Origin: Clostridia bacterium
GTDB taxonomy: Bacteria > Bacillota > Clostridia > CAKSNL01 > HGM11501
Reading direction: 5' to 3'
DNA: 64,000 bases
Assembly: GCA_045545475.1 (NCBI GenBank)
Contig: JAZQAZ010000017.1
Location: forward strand, 1 to 64,000
A program made the position numbers and the translations under genes. This document shows, one piece after another, positions 10,240 through 20,069 of this stretch; position 1 is the first letter of the stretch; every line of letters begins with the position of its first letter. The notes under the pieces were generated by a model. That model did no database searches. It saw only the letters and a program-made list of their open reading frames with translations, and was not told the DNA's origin.

Positions 10240-10830
10240 ATGTCAAAATTAAAGGATTGGGTGCTTATTGCCACAGGAGCGTTTCTCCTTGCCGTAGGAA
10301 CAGTGCATTTTGCAGAAGAGGCATCCATAGTTTCGGGTGGGGCATCGGGAATAGCTGTTGCCGTTGCGGGAGTTGGAAGATGGTTCGGAATAGAAATTCC
10401 CTTATATCTTACAACGGCACTTTTGAATATTCCGCTTTTTGTAATTACGTTTTTAAAACGAGGAGGCAGATTTTTATACCGCTCGCTTTATGCGACGGTT
10501 ATGTTTACGGTGTTTTTATGGCTTTGTCCATTTATTCCCGTGCTTTTTCCGGTGGGAAAAGATATACTGGCATCGGCGGTTCTTACCGGGGTATTCCTGG
10601 GAACAGGATTGATTCTTGTTATAAATTCAGGAGCATCCACGGGTGGAACTGATATGCTGGCACTTATTATTCAGGATAAATGGCCGCACATAAAAATTAC
10701 ACTCATCATAAATGTAATTGATACGCTGGTTATTCTTTTCGGATATGTTGTTTTTGGAGCCGTTAATGCTTTTTACGGAATACTTTCTGTGTTCGTAACC
10801 ACATTTATAATGGATAAAAAGGTTAAATAG
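10240..10830 (+). CDS. YitT-family membrane protein (short form)
   Basis: SGGASGIA, NIPLF, ASTGGTD motifs; hydrophobic helices; no C-terminal soluble domain. Confidence 0.8.
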   Translation: MSKLKDWVLIATGAFLLAVGTVHFAEEASIVSGGASGIAVAVAGVGRWFGIEIPLYLTTALLNIPLFVITFLKRGGRFLYRSLYATVMFTVFLWLCPFIPVLFPVGKDILASAVLTGVFLGTGLILVINSGASTGGTDMLALIIQDKWPHIKITLIINVIDTLVILFGYVVFGAVNAFYGILSVFVTTFIMDKKVK

Positions 10831-10885
10831 CCTTGAAAATCGCCGTTTTTTGTTGTATAATCCAATAATGAAAGAGGGGATTTTG

Positions 10886-11758
10886 GTGAAAAGAACAAGA
10901 CTTAATTCTGCCTGCATAGAATGCCTTATAAAAAAGCACCTTACAGCATTTCCGGATGGTGTAAAAGAGAGTGATAAACTTTTGTATATGCAAAGAATGC
11001 TTGGGGTGTTATCAGGTGCAAGGGAAGATATGAGTGCACCCGAATTGGTTGAAGACATAAATAAAATAAAAGAAGAACTTTTTGGCAGGGGCGATGACTA
11101 CAGCAAAATAAAAAAGCATTTCAACGCTCTTATGTTAAAAGAAGAGTCTTCGCTTACATCAGAAATTGAGAAAGCAAAAAATCCGTTTAAGAAGGCACTT
11201 TCCTTTGCGATGGCGGCAAACTATATTGATTTCGGGGCAATGTATAAGGTGGACGAAGAAACCTTAAAGGAGTCGCTCTATAATAAAAAGGAAGAAGACT
11301 TTCCCGAAACCGAAAAACTTTATCAAGACCTTAAAAAGGCAAAGCATCTTTTATATATAACCGATAACTGCGGAGAAATTGTGGCAGATAAGATTTTTAC
11401 AAAGGAGATAATGAGGGAGTTTCCACCCCTTTCCGTAAAAGCTTTGGTTAGGGGAAAGGAGGTACTTAACGATGCCACAATTGAAGATGCTGAAGATGTG
11501 GGGATTGATTTAATCGTCCCGGTAATTAAAAACGGCACGGGAGTTCCGGGGACAAGCATTAAAAAACTGTCACCTGAAGCAAGAGAAGCTTTTAATGAAG
11601 CGGACGTAATAATTTCAAAAGGTCAAGGAAACTTTGAAACATTGATGTATTCGGGGAATAATATCTATTACATATTTATGTGTAAGTGTGCTATGTTTGC
11701 AAAAAGATTCGGCGTTGAACCGCTTACAGGAATGCTTATTAAGGAATTCACAATGTAA
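10886..11758 (+). CDS. DUF89/ARMT1-like damage-control phosphatase
   Basis: N-terminal CIEC, ANYID, DNCGE, KGQGNFE motifs. Confidence 0.85.
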   Translation: MKRTRLNSACIECLIKKHLTAFPDGVKESDKLLYMQRMLGVLSGAREDMSAPELVEDINKIKEELFGRGDDYSKIKKHFNALMLKEESSLTSEIEKAKNPFKKALSFAMAANYIDFGAMYKVDEETLKESLYNKKEEDFPETEKLYQDLKKAKHLLYITDNCGEIVADKIFTKEIMREFPPLSVKALVRGKEVLNDATIEDAEDVGIDLIVPVIKNGTGVPGTSIKKLSPEAREAFNEADVIISKGQGNFETLMYSGNNIYYIFMCKCAMFAKRFGVEPLTGMLIKEFTM

Positions 11759-11810
11759 AAAACACGGAAACCCTATGGGTTTCCGTGTTTTTTACATTGT
11801 GAATTCCTTA
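11740..11810. repeat. Perfect 34-bp inverted repeat with 3-nt loop; bidirectional terminator extending into both convergent genes
   Basis: TAAGGAATTCACAATGTAAAAAACACGGAAACCC-TAT-exact reverse complement. Confidence 0.95.
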
Positions 11811-12334
11811 TATACCTTTCCCTCTAAATCCTTCCAGGTGAATGTTCCGCCTTCAAACATCATATAGGAGTGAGGAGATTCTTCCTTCGGAATTGAAACC
11901 GACCCCGGATTTATATAAGTGAAATTATTGTGCCTTTCACAGGTCGGTACATGGGTATGTCCGTGAAGAAGAATATCGCCATCGGATAAAAGAGGCGGAT
12001 TTTTTGTATTGTAATTGTGACCGTGGGTTATGAAAATAAGTTTGCTTTCGTGGTAAAGAAGGGCATAGTCGGCAAGGATAGGGAAATTTAGCACCATCTG
12101 GTCAACCTCGGTATCGCAATTACCTCTCACGCACATAAGCTTTTCTTTCATATTGTTCAAAAGCTCAATGACTTTTTTCGGGTTATACTCTTCAGGAAGA
12201 TCGTTTCTTGGTCCGTGATATAAAATATCGCCTAAAAGTATAAGCTTGTCGGGCTTTTCTTCATTGAAACGGCAGAGCAATTTTTCTAGATAATATGCAG
12301 ATCCGTGAATATCAGATGCAATCATTAATTTCAT
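11792..12334 (-). CDS. yfcE: YfcE-family metallophosphodiesterase
   Basis: SDIHG, GDILYHGPRN, RGNCD, THGH, GHTH, NPGS. Confidence 0.9.
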   Translation of the reverse strand: MKLMIASDIHGSAYYLEKLLCRFNEEKPDKLILLGDILYHGPRNDLPEEYNPKKVIELLNNMKEKLMCVRGNCDTEVDQMVLNFPILADYALLYHESKLIFITHGHNYNTKNPPLLSDGDILLHGHTHVPTCERHNNFTYINPGSVSIPKEESPHSYMMFEGGTFTWKDLEGKVYKEFTM

Positions 12335-12459
12335 AAAAGTCAACTCCTTTTAATAAATTTTACCACAGCATTATCTTTTTGTCAAAAGAAAAACATTATT
12401 GACGGAAAACCTTAATTGTGGTATATTTATTTTGTTATTAATTTTATGAGGTGATTATA

Positions 12460-13494
12460 TTGAAAAAATATCTTTTACCCGAAGGCGGAAACTTTTATAA
12501 AGCAAATCTTCACTGCCATACCGTTATGTCAGACGGTAAGAAAACGGCAGAAGAAGTGAAGGAGCTTTACATGAAAAAAGGCTATTCCGTTGTGGCTTAT
12601 ACAGACCACGATATTATGGTTCCTCATGATGAACTGACAGATGATAATTTCCTGGCACTCCACGGCTTTGAAATGGAGGTAAATCCACCTGCGACAGAGG
12701 GCAATCCCTATGAAAAAACCTGCCACGTTTGCTATATCGGAATTGATAAAGATAATATCACCCAGCCTATGTGGCACAAAAGTAAGTACCGCTTCGGAAA
12801 TGCACCGAAGTATGAGAACCTTGTGAAATTTGATGAGTCGGAGCCTGATTTTGAGAGAGAATATAATCCGGAATGCATCTCTGAAATGATGAAAATCGGG
12901 CGTGAGAAAGGCTTTTTTGTAACCTATAACCACCCCACATGGTCAATGGAAAACTATAATGATTACATTCACTACGACGGAATGCATGCATTTGAAATAA
13001 TGAATGGCTGTCTTGCTTTCGGATGGGACGAGTATAATTCTCATGAGTATGACGATTTTTTGAGGAGCGGAAAGAGAATTTTCTGCATAGGAGCTGACGA
13101 TAACCACAACTATGCACCTGAAGACTCGCACTTTTTCGACTCATTTCACGCTTTTACTATGATAAAGGCGGAAAAATTAGAGTATAACACCATTACGAAA
13201 GCACTCCTGGACGGAAACTTCTATGCCTCCGAAGGTCCAGAAATTACTGAGCTTTACTGGGAAAACGGGGAAGTGCATATAAAATGCTCTCCTGCTGACA
13301 GGATTTATTGTACTTTCGGAATAAGAAGGGCGGGGGTTATATACCGCTCAGAAGAAGCACCTGTAACAAGCGCAACTTTCCCGATTCCCCCTGAGGCGGT
13401 TTATTTCCGCTTTACCGTGGTTGACGAGAGGGGAAGAAGAGCGTTTTCAAACGGATATTTCGTTGACGAAATGCCGAAGGCTGAAGATAAATAA
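12460..13494 (+). CDS. PHP-domain metallohydrolase (CehA/McbA-like)
   Basis: NLHCHT..SDG, YTDHD, YNHP, ADDNH; GAGGTG RBS before TTG. Confidence 0.75.
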   Translation: MKKYLLPEGGNFYKANLHCHTVMSDGKKTAEEVKELYMKKGYSVVAYTDHDIMVPHDELTDDNFLALHGFEMEVNPPATEGNPYEKTCHVCYIGIDKDNITQPMWHKSKYRFGNAPKYENLVKFDESEPDFEREYNPECISEMMKIGREKGFFVTYNHPTWSMENYNDYIHYDGMHAFEIMNGCLAFGWDEYNSHEYDDFLRSGKRIFCIGADDNHNYAPEDSHFFDSFHAFTMIKAEKLEYNTITKALLDGNFYASEGPEITELYWENGEVHIKCSPADRIYCTFGIRRAGVIYRSEEAPVTSATFPIPPEAVYFRFTVVDERGRRAFSNGYFVDEMPKAEDK

Positions 13495-13528
13495 AAAAGC
13501 ACTCCGCTTTTAGAGGAGTGCCGGAAAA

Positions 13529-13978
13529 TTATTTTTCTGCTAACTTATCTCTTATTTCCATAAGAACGGAAAGCTCTGTCTCAACAGGCTCTGCGGGAGT
13601 TTCTTCTTCTGCTACTTCTTCCTTCTTTTTAAGTTCTTCAAGCTTTTTCTGAACATTCATCATAACTCTTATTACAAAGAAAATGGAAAGTGCGATAATC
13701 AAAAAGTCAATGATGTTCTGAAGGAAAGCACCATACTTTATTGCAACTTCGGCAACTAATACTTCGCCGGCTTCGCTGAGTTCTTCGGGTCTCAAAACGG
13801 CCTTTAAATCAGCAAGGGAAACCTTTCCTGTTGCAAGGCTGATTAAGGGAGTGATGATATCGTTAACAAGGGATGTTACGATTTTGCCGAAGGCACCGCC
13901 TACTACAACGCCGACAGCCATGTCAACGATGTTGCCTCTCATAATGAAGGCTTTGAAGTCATTTACAAAATTTTTCAT
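13529..13978 (-). CDS. mscL: Large-conductance mechanosensitive channel
   Basis: FKAFIMRGNIVDMAVGVVVGGAFGKIVTSLVNDII; YGAFL; LMEIRD. Confidence 0.95.
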   Translation of the reverse strand: MKNFVNDFKAFIMRGNIVDMAVGVVVGGAFGKIVTSLVNDIITPLISLATGKVSLADLKAVLRPEELSEAGEVLVAEVAIKYGAFLQNIIDFLIIALSIFFVIRVMMNVQKKLEELKKKEEVAEEETPAEPVETELSVLMEIRDKLAEK

Positions 13979-14070
13979 TATATTACCCTCTTTCGTATAT
14001 TTATGGTACAAAAGACATTTTACCATATAATATAAAATAAATCAACAAAAAAATAAAGGAGTAGATAAAA

Positions 14071-14877
14071 ATGGACTGGAAAACATTATTTAATTCAATT
14101 GTTGCGTTCTGCACAACGGCAGGAATAAAGATTGTAATTGCACTCATTATTCTTATTGCGGGCTTTAAGCTTATCAAATGGTGCACAAAAATCTTTAGTA
14201 GGGAAGATAAATTAGCACATATCGATGCCAGCATAAAAAGCTTTCTTGCAAGCTTTCTGAGCATTGCGTTAAAGATTGTACTTTTAATTACAGTTGCGGG
14301 ATATCTCGGACTTCCCATGACATCGGTAATTACCGTGCTTGGCTCTGCGGCTGTTGCTGTCGGTCTGTCTCTTCAGGGAAGCTTGTCAAATCTTGCCGGC
14401 GGAATTATGATAGTCATCTTCAAGCCCTTTGAGGTGGGGGACTATATTGATACGGGCAGTCTGTCGGGAACGGTTACAGATATCGGTATATTTTACACAA
14501 AGCTCAAAACTCCCGATATGAAAACGGTTATCCTTCCGAATGGCGGACTTTCAAACCAGAACCTTACAAACTATTCCGATACAGATAAGCGCCGTGTGGA
14601 TTTTGAAATAGGAGTAGGATATGGCAGCGATCCTGAAAAGGTTAAAAAGGTACTTACAGATATTGCACTTTCTTTTGAAAATGTGGATAAGGATCCCGCT
14701 CCCTTTGTGGGACTTAATGGCTACGGAGACAGTGCAGTTAACTTTACTCTTCGTGTGTGGTGCGACGCCGGAGAATACTGGAATGTATATTTCGCAATAA
14801 ACGAAGAAATTATAAAGGCGTTTGCAAAGGAAAATATAGAAATTCCCTTCCCTCAGATGGATGTTCATATGAAATAA
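14071..14877 (+). CDS. mscS: Small-conductance mechanosensitive channel
   Basis: GLSLQGSLSNLAGG, KPFEVGDYI, IPFPQMDVH. Confidence 0.93.
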   Translation: MDWKTLFNSIVAFCTTAGIKIVIALIILIAGFKLIKWCTKIFSREDKLAHIDASIKSFLASFLSIALKIVLLITVAGYLGLPMTSVITVLGSAAVAVGLSLQGSLSNLAGGIMIVIFKPFEVGDYIDTGSLSGTVTDIGIFYTKLKTPDMKTVILPNGGLSNQNLTNYSDTDKRRVDFEIGVGYGSDPEKVKKVLTDIALSFENVDKDPAPFVGLNGYGDSAVNFTLRVWCDAGEYWNVYFAINEEIIKAFAKENIEIPFPQMDVHMK

Positions 14878-14882
14878 GACGA

Positions 14883-14911
14883 AAACGGCTTGTTTTTCAA
14901 GCCGTTTTTTT
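14883..14911 (+). terminator. Intrinsic terminator
   Basis: AAAACGGCTTG / CAAGCCGTTTT stem with U tract. Confidence 0.8.
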
Positions 14912-14923
14912 ACTTTTTTGATA

Positions 14924-14979
14924 AATTTTCATAAAATTTGCAAAAAACACTTTACAACTTTAGCTTGATGAAGTATAAT
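14924..14979 (+). promoter_or_regulatory. sigmaA promoter with HisR(YerC)-type operator and CodY-like box
   Basis: TTTACA(14951)-N17-TATAAT(14974); AACTTTAGCTTGATGAAGTA palindrome at 14956-14975; AATTTTCATAAAATT at 14924-14938. Confidence 0.65.
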
Positions 14980-15023
14980 GGTGTCATTGATGGGCACTGC
15001 CCGAAAAGAAAGGATGTATAAAA

Positions 15024-15815
15024 ATGAAAAAATTATTGGCACTCATAATGGCACTCGTAATGGTAGTAGCTTTAGCTGCTTGCACTGAGGAAGCTCCCGT
15101 AGAGGAAGTTGTTGAGGAAACTGCAATCGAAGAACTTGCAGACGGCGTTCTTACTATCGGTTACACAATCTATGAACCCATGAACTACATGGAAGACGGA
15201 AAGCTTACAGGCTTTGACACAGAATTTGCTGAAGCAGTTGCTGAAAAGCTTGGCGTTACTCCCGAGTTCGTTGAAATCAACTGGGACACAAAGTTTGTTA
15301 CAATCAATGCAGGACAGATTGACTGCATCTGGAACGGTATGACAATTTCTGAAGACGTAAAGGCTAACTGCAGCGTTTCCAAAGCTTATGTTAAAAATGC
15401 ACAGGTTGTTGTTATGAACGCAGACGTAATCGGAAACTATGCTGATGTTGAAAGCCTTAAGGACCTTAAGTTCACAGCTGAAGCAGGATCCGCAGGCGAA
15501 ACAGCTATCAAAGAAGCAGGACTTGATGCAAACTATGCACCTGTTGCTCTTCAGACAGATGCTCTCCTTGCAGTTGCTGGTGGTCAGGCTGATGCTTGTG
15601 TAATTGACATCACAATGGCAAAGACAATGACAGCTGAAGGAACAAGCTATGAAGGTCTTGACTATTCTATCGAACTTACAACTGAAGAATACGGTATTGG
15701 CTACAAGATGGATTCCGCTCTTGCTGCAGAAATCGATGCAGTTATCGACGAATTAAATGCAGACGGAACTCTTCCTGCACTTGCTGAAAAGTACGGCCTT
15801 AATCTTGCATTTTAA
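15024..15815 (+). CDS. Polar amino-acid ABC transporter substrate-binding lipoprotein
   Basis: Lipobox LAAC; GFDTEFA, IDCIWNGMTI, EEYGIG. Confidence 0.9.
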   Translation: MKKLLALIMALVMVVALAACTEEAPVEEVVEETAIEELADGVLTIGYTIYEPMNYMEDGKLTGFDTEFAEAVAEKLGVTPEFVEINWDTKFVTINAGQIDCIWNGMTISEDVKANCSVSKAYVKNAQVVVMNADVIGNYADVESLKDLKFTAEAGSAGETAIKEAGLDANYAPVALQTDALLAVAGGQADACVIDITMAKTMTAEGTSYEGLDYSIELTTEEYGIGYKMDSALAAEIDAVIDELNADGTLPALAEKYGLNLAF

Positions 15816-15896
15816 TTAACTTATAAATAAAAAGATAAAGGGCAGAGCTATCTGCCCCTTTATCTTGTGAAAATATTTAGCAAAGGCTTTGATTTG

Positions 15897-16544
15897 ATGT
15901 CTATGTTTCTTACAGTAACCTTAAGTCTTTTTGAAGGCTTGTGGACAACTTTTAAAATTTTCGGTCTTACTCTTCTTATGGCAATTCCGCTGGGCCTTAT
16001 AATTTCGTTTGGTTCAATGAGCAAGTTTGCATTTATAAAGTGGCCGGTAAAAACATTTATATGGATAATCAGAGGAACACCTCTGATGCTTCAGTTGATT
16101 ATTTTCGGATTTGGCCCCGGACTTCTCGGATTAAAAGGGATGAGCACATTTCTGGCCGTAATGATTGCATTTGTAATAAATTATGCATGCTATTTTTCCG
16201 AGATATTCCGTGGCGGAATAGAGTCTATTCCGAAGGGGCAATATGAAGCTGGTGCGGTTTTGGGACTTACCAAAACGCAGGTGTTTTTCAAAATTGTTCT
16301 TCTGCAGGTTATAAAGCATATTCTGCCTCCCATGAGCAATGAATTTTTAACCCTTGTTAAAGATACTGCATTGGCAAATACAATAATGATTTATGAAATC
16401 ACATGGAATGCTAAACGCTTTATGAACAGCAACGGAATACTTTGGCCGCTTTTCTATTCGGGTGTATTTTATCTTGCTTTATGCGGAATTTTGACACTTA
16501 TTTTCGGATATATCGAAAAGAAGCTGGATTATTATAAGGGGTGA
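15897..16544 (+). CDS. Polar amino-acid ABC transporter permease
   Basis: [34 protein letters not shown]; start could lie a few codons away. Confidence 0.9.
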   Translation: MSMFLTVTLSLFEGLWTTFKIFGLTLLMAIPLGLIISFGSMSKFAFIKWPVKTFIWIIRGTPLMLQLIIFGFGPGLLGLKGMSTFLAVMIAFVINYACYFSEIFRGGIESIPKGQYEAGAVLGLTKTQVFFKIVLLQVIKHILPPMSNEFLTLVKDTALANTIMIYEITWNAKRFMNSNGILWPLFYSGVFYLALCGILTLIFGYIEKKLDYYKG

Positions 16545-16548
16545 AAAA

Positions 16549-17301
16549 ATGCTTGAAGTAAAGAACCTGAGAAAAAGCTTCGGGAAAACCGAGGTATTAA
16601 AAGGCATTGATTTTTCCCTTGAAAAAGGCGAGGTTTTATCTATTATCGGCTCATCCGGAAGCGGAAAGACTACGCTTTTACGATGCCTTAATTTCCTTGA
16701 ATTCGCAGAAGAGGGGACAATTACCGTTGACGGAAATGTAATATATGACGGTGTAAACAAAAAATCCATGACTGAAAATGAACTTCGTGAACGTCGACTT
16801 CATTTCGGAATGGTTTTCCAGTCTTTCAATTTGTTTCCTCAGTATAACGTGCTTGAAAACGTAACGTTAGCACCAAAGCTTCTTAAAAAGGGAACAAATG
16901 CGGAAATTGAAGAAAAAGCTCTTGCACTGATTGACAGAGTAGGGCTTTCTGACAAAACCGGAAACTATCCGTGCCAGCTTTCAGGCGGTCAGCAGCAGCG
17001 TGTTGCCATAGCCAGAGCACTTTGTATGAATCCGGATATTCTTTGCTTTGATGAACCGACAAGTGCTCTTGACCCGGAACTTACCGGAGAGGTGCTTAAG
17101 GTTATAAAGGGACTTAAGGATTCTGACAGTACAATGATTGTTGTAACCCACGAGATGGAATTTGCCAAAAATGTTTCCGACAAGGTTATATTTATGGCTG
17201 ACGGTATTATTGAAGAGGTAGGAACTCCCGAAGAGGTGTTTGACCATCCGAAGAGCGAAAAAACAAGAGCCTTCTTAAATAAGTCTCTTGAAAGCTTTTA
17301 G
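16549..17301 (+). CDS. Polar amino-acid ABC transporter ATPase
   Basis: [30 protein letters not shown]. Confidence 0.95.
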   Translation: MLEVKNLRKSFGKTEVLKGIDFSLEKGEVLSIIGSSGSGKTTLLRCLNFLEFAEEGTITVDGNVIYDGVNKKSMTENELRERRLHFGMVFQSFNLFPQYNVLENVTLAPKLLKKGTNAEIEEKALALIDRVGLSDKTGNYPCQLSGGQQQRVAIARALCMNPDILCFDEPTSALDPELTGEVLKVIKGLKDSDSTMIVVTHEMEFAKNVSDKVIFMADGIIEEVGTPEEVFDHPKSEKTRAFLNKSLESF

Positions 17302-17312
17302 AGGTGATTTCA

Positions 17313-17588
17313 TTGAAGGAAAATAAAATTACCGGAGAAATGATTGATGAGCTTTTTTCTGTAATTACTGAAGTTAAAAATAATGAAGAGTGCATGGAGC
17401 TTTTTGAAGATTTATGCACAAAGCAGGAGATTGAAAAGATGGCACAGAGAATCCGTGCCGCAAAGCTTTTATCCGAAGGAAAAACCTACAATCAGGTAAT
17501 AGAGGAGACGGATATTTCATCCGCCACTTTAAGCAGAGTGTCAAAGGCGCTCCGCTACGGAAAAGGCTATAAAAAATTTATAAAATAA
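17313..17588 (+). CDS. YerC/YecD TrpR-related repressor (HisR-like)
   Basis: FEDLCT..EI..MAQR, TY.Q...T..SSATLSRV; GAGGTG RBS before TTG. Confidence 0.85.
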   Translation: MKENKITGEMIDELFSVITEVKNNEECMELFEDLCTKQEIEKMAQRIRAAKLLSEGKTYNQVIEETDISSATLSRVSKALRYGKGYKKFIK

Positions 17589-17648
17589 ACGGCGGTGCTA
17601 CTTAGGAAGAAGTCGGTTTTGACTTGTTATTTTCCGCTTATAGTACAC

Positions 17649-17682
17649 AAAAAATGCAGGACACATTGTGCCTGCATTTTTT
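17649..17682. terminator. Bidirectional terminator
   Basis: AAAAAATGCAGG / CCTGCATTTTTT. Confidence 0.75.
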
Positions 17683-17775
17683 ATGCTTATCTGAGTCAAA
17701 AAATCCCTAAGCTAAAACTGCAAATGTCCTTACGGACAAATTAAAAGCGGGTTGCATTTGCAGCCCGCTTATTTA

Positions 17776-19842
17776 TTAGCCCTGTTTGCTTTCAGCGATA
17801 ACCTTCTGTGCGATGTTCTCGGGAGCCTGCTCGTAACCTTCGAAATCAAAGGTGAAATAGCCTCTGCCCTGAGTCATAGAACGAAGGTCTGTTGCATAGC
17901 CTGTCATTTCGCTCATGGGAACATCTGCTTCAACGACGGTTTTACCTTTGGATTCTGCAGCATTGGAGCCTATTACTCTTCCACGACGCTTGTTTATATC
18001 ACCGTATACATCACCGATGTAATCATCGGGTATGGTTACGAAAAGTTTGCCTATGGGTTCTAAAAGAACGGGAGAAGCCTGAGCCATACCTTCCTTATAG
18101 GCAATGGCAGCAGCCATCTTGAAGGACATTTCTGAAGAGTCAACGGGGTGGTATGAACCGTCAACAAGTGTTGCCTTTAAGTTAACAACGGGATAGCCTG
18201 CCAAAGGTCCTTCCAATATACATTCCTGAAGTCCCTTTTCAACAGCGGGGAAGAAGTTCTTGGGAACTGCACCGCCGAAAATTTTCTCTTCAAATGTAAG
18301 GAATTCGGATTCACCGGGTTCAAATTCAATCCATACATCACCGAACTGACCATGACCGCCGGACTGCTTCTTGTGTCTTCCCTGAACCTTAACTTTCTTT
18401 CTGATGGTTTCACGGTAGGGAACCTTTGCTGTGGTGAGTGTAACCTCAACACCGAACTTAGCCTTTAATTTACTTACGATAACATCAAGATGCTGTTCGC
18501 CCATACCGGAGATTACCATCTGATGAGTTTCAATTCTGTTTTCAACTGTGAAGGTGGGATCTTCTTCCATAAGTCTTCTAAGGCCGGAATTTATCTTTTC
18601 TTCGTCACCCTTGCTCTTTGGAACAATTGCCATGGTAAGGACAGGACGGTCAAAAGTAATAGCGGGGAAAATGATGGGATTCTGCGTTGTGCAGAGTGTA
18701 TCACCTGTTGTGGTAAACGCCAGCTTGTTAAGTACGCCGATGTCACCTGCAGAAAGCTCTGCAACTTCCACCTGCTTTTTGCCGAGAAGCGTGTAAAGCT
18801 TGCCGGGTTTTTCGTTTGCATCCTTTGTGGAGTTATATAAAGGCATATCGGACTTTAATGTACCGGAGCAAACCTTTATGAGAGACATTTTTCCAACATA
18901 GGGATCGGCGATTGTTTTGAATACCTGAACAGATAAGGGAGCATCCGATGCAATCTTAAATTCAACATCCTTGCCACCCTTGTCAACGCCTTTAACAACT
19001 TCGTCTGCATCGGGAGCGGGGAAGTAGTTAACGAAAGCGTTGGACAAGAATCTTACACCCATGTTAAGGGCTGCACTTCCGGAATATACAGGAACTACGC
19101 TGCCTTCTTTAACACCCTTCTTAAGGGCGGTTCTCATTTCTTCTTCGGTAAACTCTTCGCCTGCAAAATAACGTTCCATAAGTTCATCGCTGGTTTCTGC
19201 AACTGCTTCACATAAAAAGTCTCTGCAGCTTGCAACTTCGTCGGCGATTGCTGCTGGAATCGGAATTTCGCCGTCATCACTTTTATCGGTATAAGCATAA
19301 GCCTTCATTGTAATGATGTTTACATAACCTGTAAGCTTGCCGCCTTCTGTGATAGGCATACGGAAGGGTGCAACACATGCTCCGAAGCTTTCCTTAAGCT
19401 CTGAAAGTGTTTTTGCATAGTCTGCATGCTCGTCATCCATTTTGTTAATGAATACAATTACGGGAAGACCTGCTTTCTTTGCACGTTCGAAAGAAAGCTC
19501 TGTTCCTACGGAAACACCGCTCTTAGCACTTACTACTATTAAAGCACCGTCAGCAGCTTTTATGCCTTCTGCAACTTCGCCTGCAAAGTCGAAATAACCG
19601 GGAGTATCAATTAAGTTTATCTTATAATCCTTATAGGTATAAGGAGATGTGATTGTATTGATAGTGAACTTACGCTTAACTTCTTCAGGATCAAAGTCAA
19701 GTAATGTACTTCCGTCAGCAATCTTTCCGAGCTTATCGGTTGCACCTGCACCGTATAAAAGAGCCTCTGCCAAAGTGGTCTTTCCAGCGTGTGAATGTGA
19801 TAATAATACAATGTTTCTGATTTTGTCTGTAGCTATGCCCAT
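17776..19842 (-). CDS. Elongation factor G paralog (EF-G2/FusA2-like)
   Basis: HAGKTT, DTPGYFDF, NKMD, KKQSGGHGQFG, GSYHPVDSSE; AAGGAGG RBS before ATG 19842; not adjacent to rpsL/rpsG/tuf. Confidence 0.9.
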   Translation of the reverse strand: MGIATDKIRNIVLLSHSHAGKTTLAEALLYGAGATDKLGKIADGSTLLDFDPEEVKRKFTINTITSPYTYKDYKINLIDTPGYFDFAGEVAEGIKAADGALIVVSAKSGVSVGTELSFERAKKAGLPVIVFINKMDDEHADYAKTLSELKESFGACVAPFRMPITEGGKLTGYVNIITMKAYAYTDKSDDGEIPIPAAIADEVASCRDFLCEAVAETSDELMERYFAGEEFTEEEMRTALKKGVKEGSVVPVYSGSAALNMGVRFLSNAFVNYFPAPDADEVVKGVDKGGKDVEFKIASDAPLSVQVFKTIADPYVGKMSLIKVCSGTLKSDMPLYNSTKDANEKPGKLYTLLGKKQVEVAELSAGDIGVLNKLAFTTTGDTLCTTQNPIIFPAITFDRPVLTMAIVPKSKGDEEKINSGLRRLMEEDPTFTVENRIETHQMVISGMGEQHLDVIVSKLKAKFGVEVTLTTAKVPYRETIRKKVKVQGRHKKQSGGHGQFGDVWIEFEPGESEFLTFEEKIFGGAVPKNFFPAVEKGLQECILEGPLAGYPVVNLKATLVDGSYHPVDSSEMSFKMAAAIAYKEGMAQASPVLLEPIGKLFVTIPDDYIGDVYGDINKRRGRVIGSNAAESKGKTVVEADVPMSEMTGYATDLRSMTQGRGYFTFDFEGYEQAPENIAQKVIAESKQG

Positions 19843-20012
19843 AGATGTTAGCCTCCTTGTAAATAAATTGCTGTTACGTATAAAATTACGTATAAAATAT
19901 AAATTCTGCACAAAAAAAGAAAATCCTTTCGCTATTTTGGTGTCAAAATACACAAAAAAATGACAACTAAAAAGGCAACATGCACAGAATTGATTTCAAA
20001 GGAAAAAAGTGC

Positions 20013-20041
20013 TTGACTTTAAATGGAAGTTGTACTATAAT
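20013..20041 (+). promoter_or_regulatory. sigmaA promoter of rpsF operon
   Basis: TTGACT-N17-TATAAT. Confidence 0.8.
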
Positions 20042-20069
20042 AATAAGGCTGTAAAAAGCAAAAATATAA

